Shown here: positions 35,653 through 44,035 of the stretch, in pieces
Layout: each line of letters starts with the position of its first letter
How positions within the stretch are numbered: position 1 is the stretch's first letter
NCBI GenBank assembly: GCA_963757275.1
Contig: CAVWQW010000005.1
Span: forward strand, 1,111,689-1,175,688
Source: an uncultured Solirubrobacterales bacterium
GTDB lineage: Bacteria; Actinomycetota; Thermoleophilia; Solirubrobacterales; Solirubrobacteraceae
Length of the DNA stretch: 64,000 nucleotides
Reading direction: 5' to 3'
Notes under the pieces: model-generated
What the model was told of the DNA's origin: nothing
Seen by the model: only the letters and a program-made list of their open reading frames with translations
Database searches by the model: none
Program-made: the position numbers and the translations under genes

Positions 35653-36864
35653 GTGCAGGTCATCGTCACGGACGCTATCACCGGCCCCGCCGGTAGGCTG
35701 GCCGTCTTGGTCGATCAGCCCTCCGAGTCCGGCGACCCGACATCCCCGCCGGCGCGGGGCGCGTCGGCCTACAAGGCGGCCGGCGTCGACTACGGCGCGC
35801 TCGACGCCGGCAAGCGCCTCGCGCTGACCGAGGCCCTGGCGACGTCCCACCTGATGGGTGCGCGAGCCGGATCGGCGGTCGACGCGTCCCGCGGGGAGCC
35901 GGCGTTCGTCTTCGAGCTGGCCGGCCAGACGCTGGCCTTCGTGCTCGAGGGGCTCGGCACGAAATCGATCATCGCCCGCCAGGTGATGGACACGCTCGGG
36001 GTCAACCGGTTCGCCGACGTCGCCTACGACACGGTCGGGGCGATCGTCAACGACCTCTGCTGCGTGGGCGCCCTTCCCCTCGTCGTGAACGCCTACTTCG
36101 CGACCGGCGGGTCGGACTGGTACCTGCGGCACGACCGCCAGGCGGCGCTGCTCGCCGGGTGGCGGCGGGGCTGTGAGGATGCCGGAGCCGTCTGGGGGGG
36201 CGGGGAGTCACCGTCCCTGCCGGGCCTCGTCAGCTCGTCGGAGATCGAGCTGGCCGGCAGCGCGGTGGGCGCCGTCCCGGACGGGAGGACGGCGATCCTC
36301 GGCGCCGACCTCGGACCCGGCGACGAGATCGTCTTCGTCGGGAGCAGCGGCCTCCACGCGAACGGGGCATCCCTCGCCCGGCTGATCGCCGACGAGTTGG
36401 CCGACGGATACGCGACGCGGTTGCCGAGCGGCCGGACCTTCGGCGAGGCGCTGCTCGACCCGACGATCATCTACGCCCGGCTCGTCGAGTCGCTCGCCAC
36501 GGCGGGGCTCCCGATTCACTACCTCAGCCACATCACCGGTCACGGAATGCTCAAGTTGATGCGCCCGTCGCGGGAGCTCACCTACCGGATCACCGAGCTG
36601 CCGGCGGTTCCCGAGGTACTCGAGTTCCTCGTCGACCGGACCGAGATGTCAAGCGCCGTCGCGTACTCGACTTTCAACATGGGCTGCGGCTACGCCGTCT
36701 ACTGCGCCGCCGGCAACGCCGCCCGGGTGGTCGGCGCGGCGACCGAGCTCGGCCTGGCAGCTCATCAGGCCGGCATCGTCGAGGCCGGCCCCCGCCGGGT
36801 GATCCTAGAGCCCAACGGCGTCGTCTTCGAGACCGACGCCATGGACCTCACACCCGACGCGTGA
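35653..36864 (+). CDS. AIR synthase-related (PurM-like) protein
   Basis: YKAAGVDYGALDAGK ... LEGLGTKS ... VNDLCCVGALPL ... GGESPS ... GLHANGASLAR: PurM/AIR-synthase superfamily architecture. The start codon is uncertain. Confidence 0.7.
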   Translation: MQVIVTDAITGPAGRLAVLVDQPSESGDPTSPPARGASAYKAAGVDYGALDAGKRLALTEALATSHLMGARAGSAVDASRGEPAFVFELAGQTLAFVLEGLGTKSIIARQVMDTLGVNRFADVAYDTVGAIVNDLCCVGALPLVVNAYFATGGSDWYLRHDRQAALLAGWRRGCEDAGAVWGGGESPSLPGLVSSSEIELAGSAVGAVPDGRTAILGADLGPGDEIVFVGSSGLHANGASLARLIADELADGYATRLPSGRTFGEALLDPTIIYARLVESLATAGLPIHYLSHITGHGMLKLMRPSRELTYRITELPAVPEVLEFLVDRTEMSSAVAYSTFNMGCGYAVYCAAGNAARVVGAATELGLAAHQAGIVEAGPRRVILEPNGVVFETDAMDLTPDA

Positions 36865-36950
36865 GCGCGATCCGGCGTCGGCGGGCGGCGTGAGAGCGAT
36901 CAGGCGTCGGCGGGCGGCGTGAGCGCGATCAGCCCTCGGCGGCCGGCGTC
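36859..36950. repeat. 29-nt tandem repeat (3 copies) spanning both stop codons of a convergent gene pair
   Basis: GCGTGAGCGCGATCCGGCGTCGGCGGGCG, GCGTGAGAGCGATCAGGCGTCGGCGGGCG, GCGTGAGCGCGATCAGCCCTCGGCGGCCG. Unit 1 holds the + gene TGA (36862-36864). Unit 3 holds the minus gene stop (36929-36931). Confidence 0.9.
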
Positions 36951-37390
36951 TTCTCGACGATCTCCTTGAGCTCGTCGAGCGTCGCCTGAAGCTGGTCGAT
37001 CCGGAGCACCAGGCGGCCGATCGCCTGTCCGCCGATTTCGGCGACGTCCGGCCGGATCGTCCCGACGTCGCCGCGGATCTCGCTCGTCGTCGTCTGGACA
37101 CGGCCGACCGACTCGTCGATCGTCTTGAGATCTGAGTCGAGGCCCCTGATCGCGGGCACGATCGGCGCGACGGCCCGCGCGAGCGACTTCACCCGCCGCT
37201 CGAGGCCGTCGACGGTCTCCTCGAGCGCGATCACGTGACGGTCGACGCGGGCGACCGACTTCGCGAGGTCCGGGAGGACCCGCAGCAGCCCGAGCGACTG
37301 CTCGATCCGACCGAGGCCGGTGTCGATCGAGACCAGCCGGTCGACCGCCTTCTCGACAAGCTCCGGCACCCGGGCGGCGGCGCTCGGCAT
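36929..37390 (-). CDS. hypothetical coiled-coil protein
   Basis: Heptad-rich helical sequence (VDRLVSIDTGLGRIEQSL ... IDQLQATLDELKEIVEK). ATG at 37388-37390; an alternative upstream start is at 37480. Confidence 0.5.
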   Translation of the reverse strand: MPSAAARVPELVEKAVDRLVSIDTGLGRIEQSLGLLRVLPDLAKSVARVDRHVIALEETVDGLERRVKSLARAVAPIVPAIRGLDSDLKTIDESVGRVQTTTSEIRGDVGTIRPDVAEIGGQAIGRLVLRIDQLQATLDELKEIVEKTPAAEG

Positions 37391-37540
37391 GCCGACGAGC
37401 CCGCCGAGCGCCCTCCGCGACAGACCTCCGACGTCTGGACGATCCACTCTGACTCCTGGCGAGCTGACGCTCGGTCGCACGACGCTCCGGCGATTCTCAG
37501 GCGATCATAACGTGACTGTTAGAGACGACTCACAGTTCGC

Positions 37541-37559
37541 TTAGGCGGCCGTTAGGCGG
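37541..37559 (+). promoter_or_regulatory. direct repeat TTAGGCGG-N3-TTAGGCGG (11-bp period) abutting the ferric-reductase start codon
   Basis: The repeats sit at 37541-37548 and 37552-37559, and the ATG is at 37560. The only A/T-rich stretch in the divergent intergenic region lies just upstream (37505-37540). Confidence 0.3.
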
Positions 37560-38972
37560 ATGGCGTTCGATCATATTCGGATGTCCACCGACCGAGCACA
37601 ACTCGAGATCTCCTCGGTCGGAGTCGCCGGCCGGCGAGCCGTTCGGGTCCCGTGGCGGCTGACCGAGACGCTCGTCTGGGTCGCGTTCCTGGCCAACGGC
37701 GGCGCGATCGTCTGGCTCTGGCTGCACGGCGGCGGCATCACCGGCGTTCACGCGGCCGCGGACCTCTGGACCAGCGCCGGCCGGATCACCGGACTCCTGG
37801 GGACCTACCTCGCGCTCGTCCAGGTCCTCCTCCTCGCCCGCCTGCCCCCGCTCGAGCGACTCGTCGGGTTCGATCGGCTGACGGTCTGGCACCGGCGCAA
37901 CGGGAAGCTCTGCATCGGTCTGATCGTCGCCCACGCCGTCCTGATCACGATCGGCTACGCCGGAACCGACCAGATCACGATCCCCCACGAGTTGAGCACG
38001 CTGCTCTCGAGCTACCCGGGGATGATCACCGCGACGGTCGGGACGGTCCTGATGGTCGGCATCGTCGTCTCCTCGCTGGTGATCGTCAGCCGTCGACTGC
38101 CCTACGAGGCGTGGTACAGCCTCCACCTGACGATCTACGTCGCGATCGCGCTCGGCTACCTCCACCAGATCCCGACCGGCAATGAGTTCACGGCGAACGC
38201 CGGGCAGGCCGACTACTGGATCGGCCTCTACGTCGTCACGCTCGCCCTCCTGCTCGCCTTCCGGGTCGGCCGGCCGGCGGTCTCGGCGATCCGCTACAAG
38301 CTCCGCGTGACCGATGTCGTGCGTGAGGCGCCGGGCGTCGTCTCGGTCCACCTGACCGGGCGGAACCTCGATCGGCTCGACTACCGCGGCGGCCAGTTCA
38401 TGCTCTGGCGGTTCCTCGACGCCGGTCGCTGGTGGCAGTCGCACCCGTTCTCGCTCTCTGCCCTCCCCGACGGCCGATCCCTGCGCCTGACCGTCAAGGA
38501 CGTCGGCCGCTTCACCGGCGGGCTCGCCTCCCTGCGGCCGGGGACCCGCGTCCTCGCGGAGGGGCCGTTCGGTCGCTTCACGGCTGACCTCGCCGGCGAC
38601 CGGCCAGCCGTCCTGATCGCCGGCGGAATCGGGATCACGCCGATGCGCTGCCTCTTCGAAGAGCTCCCCGAGGGGACCGAGCTGATCCACCGGGTGGTCT
38701 CCGAGGACGAGATCGTCTTCGCCGAGGAGCTCGATCGCGTGGCCGAGCGCCGGGGAAACCGGATCCACCGTCTCGTCGGCGACCACCGGGACCCGGGAGC
38801 GGCAGACCTCCTGTCGGCCGACGCCCTCGTTGCGCTGGTGCCGGACGTCGCCGAGCGGGAGATCTTCGTCTGCGGACCGCCGGCGATGATGGCGGCCGTT
38901 CGATCGAGCCTGCGGGCGGCCGGTGTTCGCCCACGCCAGATCCACTACGAGAGATTCGCGCTCGCCGCTTGA
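37560..38972 (+). CDS. ferric reductase-like transmembrane flavocytochrome (heme-b TM domain + FAD-binding + NAD(P)H-binding domains)
   Basis: N-terminal multi-pass region with conserved His (WHRRNGKL..IVAHAVL; YSLHLTIYVAIALGYLH), then RLTVKDVGRFTG, GPFG, LIAGGIGITP, VCGPPAM: the ferredoxin-reductase/NOX-type module. Confidence 0.85.
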   Translation: MAFDHIRMSTDRAQLEISSVGVAGRRAVRVPWRLTETLVWVAFLANGGAIVWLWLHGGGITGVHAAADLWTSAGRITGLLGTYLALVQVLLLARLPPLERLVGFDRLTVWHRRNGKLCIGLIVAHAVLITIGYAGTDQITIPHELSTLLSSYPGMITATVGTVLMVGIVVSSLVIVSRRLPYEAWYSLHLTIYVAIALGYLHQIPTGNEFTANAGQADYWIGLYVVTLALLLAFRVGRPAVSAIRYKLRVTDVVREAPGVVSVHLTGRNLDRLDYRGGQFMLWRFLDAGRWWQSHPFSLSALPDGRSLRLTVKDVGRFTGGLASLRPGTRVLAEGPFGRFTADLAGDRPAVLIAGGIGITPMRCLFEELPEGTELIHRVVSEDEIVFAEELDRVAERRGNRIHRLVGDHRDPGAADLLSADALVALVPDVAEREIFVCGPPAMMAAVRSSLRAAGVRPRQIHYERFALAA

Positions 38973-38991
38973 ACGAAAGGAATCGGACGAC

Positions 38992-39357
38992 ATGAAGACC
39001 CCCTCGAGGACCATCACGGCCGCACTCGCCCTGACCACGATCGGTCCGGCGCTGAGCGCGACCCCGGTCGCCCTCGCCGCGTCGGCGAAGGTCTACCACG
39101 GGGCGGCGGTGAACATGCGCTGGGGAGTGGTCGCGGTGACGATCACCGTGACCGGTCGGAGGGTGACGGCGATCTCGGCGACCGCGCCGACCGAGCGACC
39201 GCGCTCGAAGGTGATCAACACGCGGGCGGTGCCGGCGCTGCGCAGCGAGGCGCTGCGGGCCCAGAGCGCGCGGATCAACCTCGTGTCGGGGGCGACCCTG
39301 ACCAGCCGAGCCTTCGAATCGAGCCTCCAGTACGCGCTCACCAAGGCGCACGTGTGA
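38992..39357 (+). CDS. secreted FMN-binding domain protein
   Basis: GAAAGGA Shine-Dalgarno. Signal peptide. GVVAVTITVTGRRVTAISA and the flavinylation-type motif VSGATLTS. Confidence 0.8.
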   Translation: MKTPSRTITAALALTTIGPALSATPVALAASAKVYHGAAVNMRWGVVAVTITVTGRRVTAISATAPTERPRSKVINTRAVPALRSEALRAQSARINLVSGATLTSRAFESSLQYALTKAHV

Positions 39358-39453
39358 TCCGGCCCGGGCTCGAGCAGGCGCAGCTGTGAGCCACGACGCC
39401 GCACTTGTGATCCGGCCCGGGCACGAGCAGGCGCACCCGTGAGCCACGACGCC
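39348..39453. repeat. 53-nt tandem duplication (2 copies, 4 mismatches) of the FMN-bind stop / apbE start junction
   Basis: Copy 1 is 39348-39400 and copy 2 is 39401-39453. Each carries CAC(G/T)TGTGA ... GTGAGCCACGACGCC. Confidence 0.9.
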
Positions 39454-40236
39454 GTGACCGTGGCCGCGGCCGGCCGGGCGGCCGTCCATCGGGTCGAGCA
39501 CGTGATGGGCATGCCGGTGATCATCGACGTCTGCGACGACGCCGACACGGCCGCAGCGCTCGTCGACCGCGCCTATGCGTGGCTGCATCTCGTCGATCGT
39601 ATGTTCAGCACCTACCGGCCAGACAGCGAGATCAGCCGGATCAACCGGGGGGAGCTCGCGCCGGCGGACGCCGACCCGGCTGTGCGCTCGGTTCTCGCCC
39701 GGTGTCGATCGCTCCGCGCGGAGACCGACGGCTACTTCGACGCCGAGGCCTGCGCCCCCGACGGCGGAATCGACCCTGCCGGCCTGGTCAAGGGCTGGTC
39801 GATCGGCGGCGCCGCGCGCGTCCTCGAGCGGGGCGGGCTCGAGAACTTCTCGATCAACGCCGGCGGCGATCTGGTCGTTCGGGGCGCGGCTCCCCAGGGC
39901 GGCCCGTGGCTCGTCGGGATCCAGCATCCCGTCCGACGGGACGCGGTCGCAGCGGTTCTCGCGGTCACCGACATCGGGGTCGCGACGTCCGGCGCGTACG
40001 AGCGGGGCGCCCACATCATCGATCCGCATCGGCGCCTCGCGCCCGACGGGGTCCTCTCGGTGACGGTCGTCGGTCCGTCGCTCGCGACCGCAGACGCGTA
40101 CGCGACGGCGGCCTTCGCGATGGGCCGGGGGGCCGCCGCGTGGTGCGGGAGGCTCGCCGGCTACGACGCGATGGTGATCACCGACGACGAACGCGTCCTC
40201 ACGACGGCGGGGTTCGCCCGCCACCGGGTGCAATAG
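39439..40236 (+). CDS. apbE: FAD:protein FMN transferase (ApbE family)
   Basis: MGMPVIIDV ... FSTYRPDSEISRINRG ... DPAGLVKGWSIGGAA ... VATSGAYERG.HIIDP. Confidence 0.88.
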   Translation: MSHDAVTVAAAGRAAVHRVEHVMGMPVIIDVCDDADTAAALVDRAYAWLHLVDRMFSTYRPDSEISRINRGELAPADADPAVRSVLARCRSLRAETDGYFDAEACAPDGGIDPAGLVKGWSIGGAARVLERGGLENFSINAGGDLVVRGAAPQGGPWLVGIQHPVRRDAVAAVLAVTDIGVATSGAYERGAHIIDPHRRLAPDGVLSVTVVGPSLATADAYATAAFAMGRGAAAWCGRLAGYDAMVITDDERVLTTAGFARHRVQ

Positions 40237-40238
40237 TC

Positions 40239-40673
40239 ATGCCGATGGCTGATCGCCGCGCGCGTCTTCTTCTCCTGTCCGTCGGGCCGGCGGCCGTCGC
40301 GCTGGTCGGGTGCGGCGGGCACGAGCCGGTCACGACCTCCAATCGCCCGGCGGCCGTCTCGTCCCAGCCGCCGGGGACGTCGACGGCGGCGTCGCTGAAA
40401 TCCGGGAGCTACACCGGCGAGACCGTGCAGACGCGCTTCGGACCCGTCGATGTCGCCGTCACGGTGGCCGGCGGGAAGATCACGGCGGTCGACTTCGTCG
40501 CCGCTCCGTCGGACCGCGCGCGGTCGCGAGAGATCAGCTCGCAGGCCGAGCCGCTGCTGCGCAGCGAGGCGCTGAGCGCCCAGAGCGCGGCGGTAAACCT
40601 GTTGAGCGGCGCGACCTACACCAGCGACGGGTTCGCTCAATCGCTTCAGTCCGCCCTCTCCCAAGCCGGTTGA
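40239..40673 (+). CDS. FMN-binding domain lipoprotein
   Basis: Lipobox LVGCGG. GPVDVAVTVAGGKITAVDF and the flavinylation-type motif LSGATYTS. Paralogue of 38992-39357. Confidence 0.8.
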   Translation: MPMADRRARLLLLSVGPAAVALVGCGGHEPVTTSNRPAAVSSQPPGTSTAASLKSGSYTGETVQTRFGPVDVAVTVAGGKITAVDFVAAPSDRARSREISSQAEPLLRSEALSAQSAAVNLLSGATYTSDGFAQSLQSALSQAG

Positions 40674-40720
40674 TCGCCGGTCTCTCAGGGAATCCCGCTG
40701 AACTGCTCTCCGCAGGTTCC

Positions 40721-41122
40721 TTACTGCGGCGAGGCGCCAACCGCGGCCAGCGCCTCGGCTCGACCCTGGTAGATCGTCGACCGGGTCACCAGGCCGGCGT
40801 CGAGCTCGTAGACGAGAGCCCCACGTGCCTTGGTCTCCACACCGCCGCGCGAGCGGGCCTCGACCAGGTGCGGCATGACAACCCGGGCTCCGGCGTCGAT
40901 GAACTCCTCCGGGACGAGCTGGATCGACGCGAAGACGTCCCAGAAGACCCGCCAGTGCTCGCGAATCGCCGCGTGACCGGCGAAGACGCCCTGCATCGGG
41001 CCGATCGACCGCGACCAGTCTTCGACCGCGTCGTGCGCCAGGAACTCGAGCGCGGCGTCGGCGTCCCGCTCGTTCCAGGCCGCGAGCATTCCCCGCACGA
41101 CTTCGGCGTTCTCTGAGAGCAT
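40721..41122 (-). CDS. SnoaL-like / NTF2-fold protein
   Basis: NAEVVRGMLAAWNERDADAALEFLAHD.V ... ARGALVYELDAGLVTR: a typical ketosteroid-isomerase-like small protein. Confidence 0.65.
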   Translation of the reverse strand: MLSENAEVVRGMLAAWNERDADAALEFLAHDAVEDWSRSIGPMQGVFAGHAAIREHWRVFWDVFASIQLVPEEFIDAGARVVMPHLVEARSRGGVETKARGALVYELDAGLVTRSTIYQGRAEALAAVGASPQ

Positions 41123-41205
41123 CGCCAGCGCAGCCTACCGCCGAGGTCGGTGGGCTCCGCCGCAGCGGCCGGCCCGCCCCGGCTCCCGGTCGAGCGGCCG
41201 CTTTC

Positions 41206-41982
41206 TCAGCCTCCGGCGGCCCGGCGGTAGCGGGCGACGGCGAGCGGCGAGAAGACGGCGAGGATCACGATCGCCCAGACGATCGCCCCCCAGACGTTGT
41301 TGGCGGCCGGCGTACCGAGCCAGAGCGAACGGATCGCGTCGACGGTGACCGTGAACGGGTTGACCTGGGCGAAGTCCCGCAGGACGGTCGGCATCGACGC
41401 GACCGGGACGAAGGCCGACGAGATGAAGGTCAGCGGGAAGACGGCGATGAAGCCGACCGAGTTGGCCGCCTCCGGCGAGGAGACGAGCAGGCCGAGGAAG
41501 GCGAAGACCCACGAGAAGGCGTAGCCGAAGAGCAGCAGGACGCCGAACCCGGCGATCACGTGAAGGGCCTCGGTGTGGAAGGAGAAGCCGATCAGGAGGC
41601 CGGTGATCACGAGCACGGCCACCGAGAGGGAGTTCGTCACGACGTCGGCCAGCGTCCGCCCGGCGAGCACCGCCGGCCGGGCCATCGGCAGCGATCGGAA
41701 GCGGTCGATCAGGCCCTTGTGGAGATCCTCGTTGAGACCGAGTGCCGTCACGAAGCCGCCGAAGGCGATGTTCTGGACGATGATCCCCGGAATCAGGTAG
41801 TCGGCGTAGGCGAACCCCGGCGTCTTGATCGCCCCGCCGAAGACGTAGCGGAAGAGGAGGACGAACATCACCGGCTGGACGGTGAACGCAAGCAGCAGGT
41901 CCGGGGCCCGCGGCAGGCGGACGAGGTTCCGCTCGGCGATCACCAGCGTATCCGAGACGAGGCGCCGCACACCGGTCCTCAC
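41206..41982 (-). CDS. ABC-2 type transporter permease (DrrB-like)
   Basis: Six hydrophobic segments. N-terminal LVIAERNLVRLPRAPDLL is typical of ABC-2 exporters. Overlaps the ATPase gene stop. Confidence 0.85.
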   Translation of the reverse strand: MRTGVRRLVSDTLVIAERNLVRLPRAPDLLLAFTVQPVMFVLLFRYVFGGAIKTPGFAYADYLIPGIIVQNIAFGGFVTALGLNEDLHKGLIDRFRSLPMARPAVLAGRTLADVVTNSLSVAVLVITGLLIGFSFHTEALHVIAGFGVLLLFGYAFSWVFAFLGLLVSSPEAANSVGFIAVFPLTFISSAFVPVASMPTVLRDFAQVNPFTVTVDAIRSLWLGTPAANNVWGAIVWAIVILAVFSPLAVARYRRAAGG

Positions 41983-42929
41983 GCGGCCTCCTCGTCCTCG
42001 GGCGCGTCGGCGACGCGGCCGGTCAGCGACATGAAGACGTCGTCGAGCGTCGCCCGCCGCTGGGCGATGTCCTCGACGCCGACACCCGCGCCGTCGAGCT
42101 TGCGCACAGCCTCGACGATCCTCGCCCGGCCGGCGGGGAGGCCGACCCGAACGACCGCGCCGTCGATCGTCGGCCGCTCGTCAGACATCGACGCGAGCGC
42201 GCCGATCGCCAGGTCTGCCTGCCCGAGGTCCGCGAGCGTGACCTCGAGGCGGGCGCCGCCGACCCGGTCCTTGAGCTCGTCGGGCGTTCCCTCGGCGATC
42301 ACCCGGCCATGGTCGATCACGGCGATCGCGTCGGCCAGGCGGTCGGCCTCGTCGAGGTACTGGGTTGTCAGGAGCACGGTCGTCCCCTCGTCGACGAGCC
42401 CCTCGATCGTCTCCCAGAGGAGGATCCGGCTCCGCGGATCGAGGCCGGTAGTCGGCTCGTCGAGGAACAGCACGGGCGGCTTCGCGACGAGGGCGGCCGC
42501 CAGATCCAGACGCCGCCGCATCCCGCCCGAGTAGGTCTTCGCCGGCCGGTCGGCCGCCTCGTCGAGGTCGAACCGATCGAGCAGCTCCCGGCCGCGGGCC
42601 TTGGCCGTCCCCCGCGGCGCCCCGTAGAGGCGGCCGACCATCGTCAGGTTCTCGAGACCGGTCAGGTTCTCGTCGACCGCCGCGTACTGCCCGGCCAGGC
42701 CGATCTTCTCGCGGAGCTCGGCCGCCTGCGAGACGACATCGAGCCCGGCGACCCGCGCCGAGCCGGCGTCCGCGCGGAGCAGGGTCGTCAGGACGCGGAC
42801 GACCGTCGTCTTCCCCGCACCGTTCGGCCCGAGCAGCCCGAGGACGGTCCCGGCGGCGACCCGCAGATCGACGCCGTCGAGCGCCCGCACCGACCCGTAG
42901 GACTTGGTCAGTCCGCTCGCGCTGATCAT
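41979..42929 (-). CDS. ABC transporter ATP-binding protein (DrrA-like)
   Basis: MISASGLTKSYG..., Walker A GPNGAGKTT, signature YSGGMRRRLDLA, Walker B LFLDEPTTGLD. The ORF-track start at 43454 is upstream read-through. Confidence 0.9.
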   Translation of the reverse strand: MISASGLTKSYGSVRALDGVDLRVAAGTVLGLLGPNGAGKTTVVRVLTTLLRADAGSARVAGLDVVSQAAELREKIGLAGQYAAVDENLTGLENLTMVGRLYGAPRGTAKARGRELLDRFDLDEAADRPAKTYSGGMRRRLDLAAALVAKPPVLFLDEPTTGLDPRSRILLWETIEGLVDEGTTVLLTTQYLDEADRLADAIAVIDHGRVIAEGTPDELKDRVGGARLEVTLADLGQADLAIGALASMSDERPTIDGAVVRVGLPAGRARIVEAVRKLDGAGVGVEDIAQRRATLDDVFMSLTGRVADAPEDEEAA

Positions 42930-43021
42930 CGCCCCCCCGTCGCTGCGGTCGGTGGCCAGATGAGCTGCTGCCCGTCCCCTGACGTCGTCGAGCGGCCCGT
43001 CGGCCGGTGGAGGCGGACCGG

Positions 43022-43564
43022 TCACCGCGTCGGCCGGCCGGCCGGCTCCCGGCGGAGCTCTCCGGCGAGCATGTCCATCAGCAGCCCGTCGTGCCAGCCC
43101 GGGCCGTCGACATCGCGCTCGTACTCGCGCATGATTCCGACCGGCCGGAAGCCGACCGACGCGTAGCAGCGGATCGCCGGCGCGTTGTCCGCGGCCGGGT
43201 CGATCGTCAGACGGTGGTGGCCTCGGTCGTCGATCAGATGCTCGGCCAGCCTGACGATCGCGGCACGCCCATGCCCACGGCCGTGGACGATCGCCTCGAG
43301 GAAGATGTCGATCGACGCGGACTTGTAGTTCTCCGCGTCCTCCTCGCCGAACTGGATCAACCCGCGGACGGCTCCGTCGATCAGGATCGCGAACGGCGTC
43401 GACCCCGGATCGTCGAACGGCCAGCCGGCCGACTCGGCCTCCTCGTCGCCCCAACGTCGCCGGACCTCCGGCGTGCGGATGATCCGCCGCAGCTCGGGCA
43501 CCTGGTCGGCGGTGACGGGCGCGAGGACGACGCCGTCACCGCCCAGCTCGCTCGCCGCGCTCAC
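43022..43564 (-). CDS. GNAT N-acetyltransferase (AAC(6')-Ib-like architecture)
   Basis: VRRRWG ... HGRGHGRAAI ... LTIDPAADNAPAIRCYASVGFRPVG parallels the WWG ... GKGLG ... DPSPSNLRAIRCYEKAGF pattern of aminoglycoside 6'-acetyltransferase-type GNATs. The substrate is unknown. Confidence 0.75.
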   Translation of the reverse strand: MSAASELGGDGVVLAPVTADQVPELRRIIRTPEVRRRWGDEEAESAGWPFDDPGSTPFAILIDGAVRGLIQFGEEDAENYKSASIDIFLEAIVHGRGHGRAAIVRLAEHLIDDRGHHRLTIDPAADNAPAIRCYASVGFRPVGIMREYERDVDGPGWHDGLLMDMLAGELRREPAGRPTR

Positions 43565-43678
43565 CCGCGCATCCCATCACAGATCGCCGGCCGACCCCCA
43601 GCGGCTCGCTGCCCAGCCCGCCGCCCGCAGCCGCCGAGACCGCTCCAAGAAAGCAGAAAAAGCTGAGACGATGGGCCG

Positions 43679-44035
43679 ATGCCTGCCGAGCTGACCGTCG
43701 AGGACGCCGCGAGCTGGCGGGCCTGGCTCGGTGAGCACCATCGCGAGGCGGAGGGGGTCTGGCTCGTCCTGGCCAAGAAGGGCACGACCCGGCCGACGAG
43801 CCTCTCCTACGAGGACGCCGTCGAGGAGGCGGTCGCCCACGGGTGGATCGACGGCCAGAACAGACGCCGCGACGAGGCGACCTACCTCCAGCGGTTCACG
43901 CCCCGGCGAGCCCGCAGCAACTGGTCGCAGAGCAACGTCCGCCGGGTCGAGCGCCTGACCGCCGCCGGTCGCATGCGCCCGGCCGGGATCGCCGAGGTCG
44001 AGCGGGCGAAGGCCGACGGTCGGTGGCCGAGCGAT
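43679..44035 (+). pseudogene. YdeI/OmpD-associated family gene, N-terminal two-thirds only (truncated paralogue of 53568-54143)
   Basis: Aligns with the intact paralogue from the start to ...ERAKADGRW (about 44026), then similarity stops. The remaining 250 codons of the open frame are antisense to the amidase gene. Confidence 0.55.
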
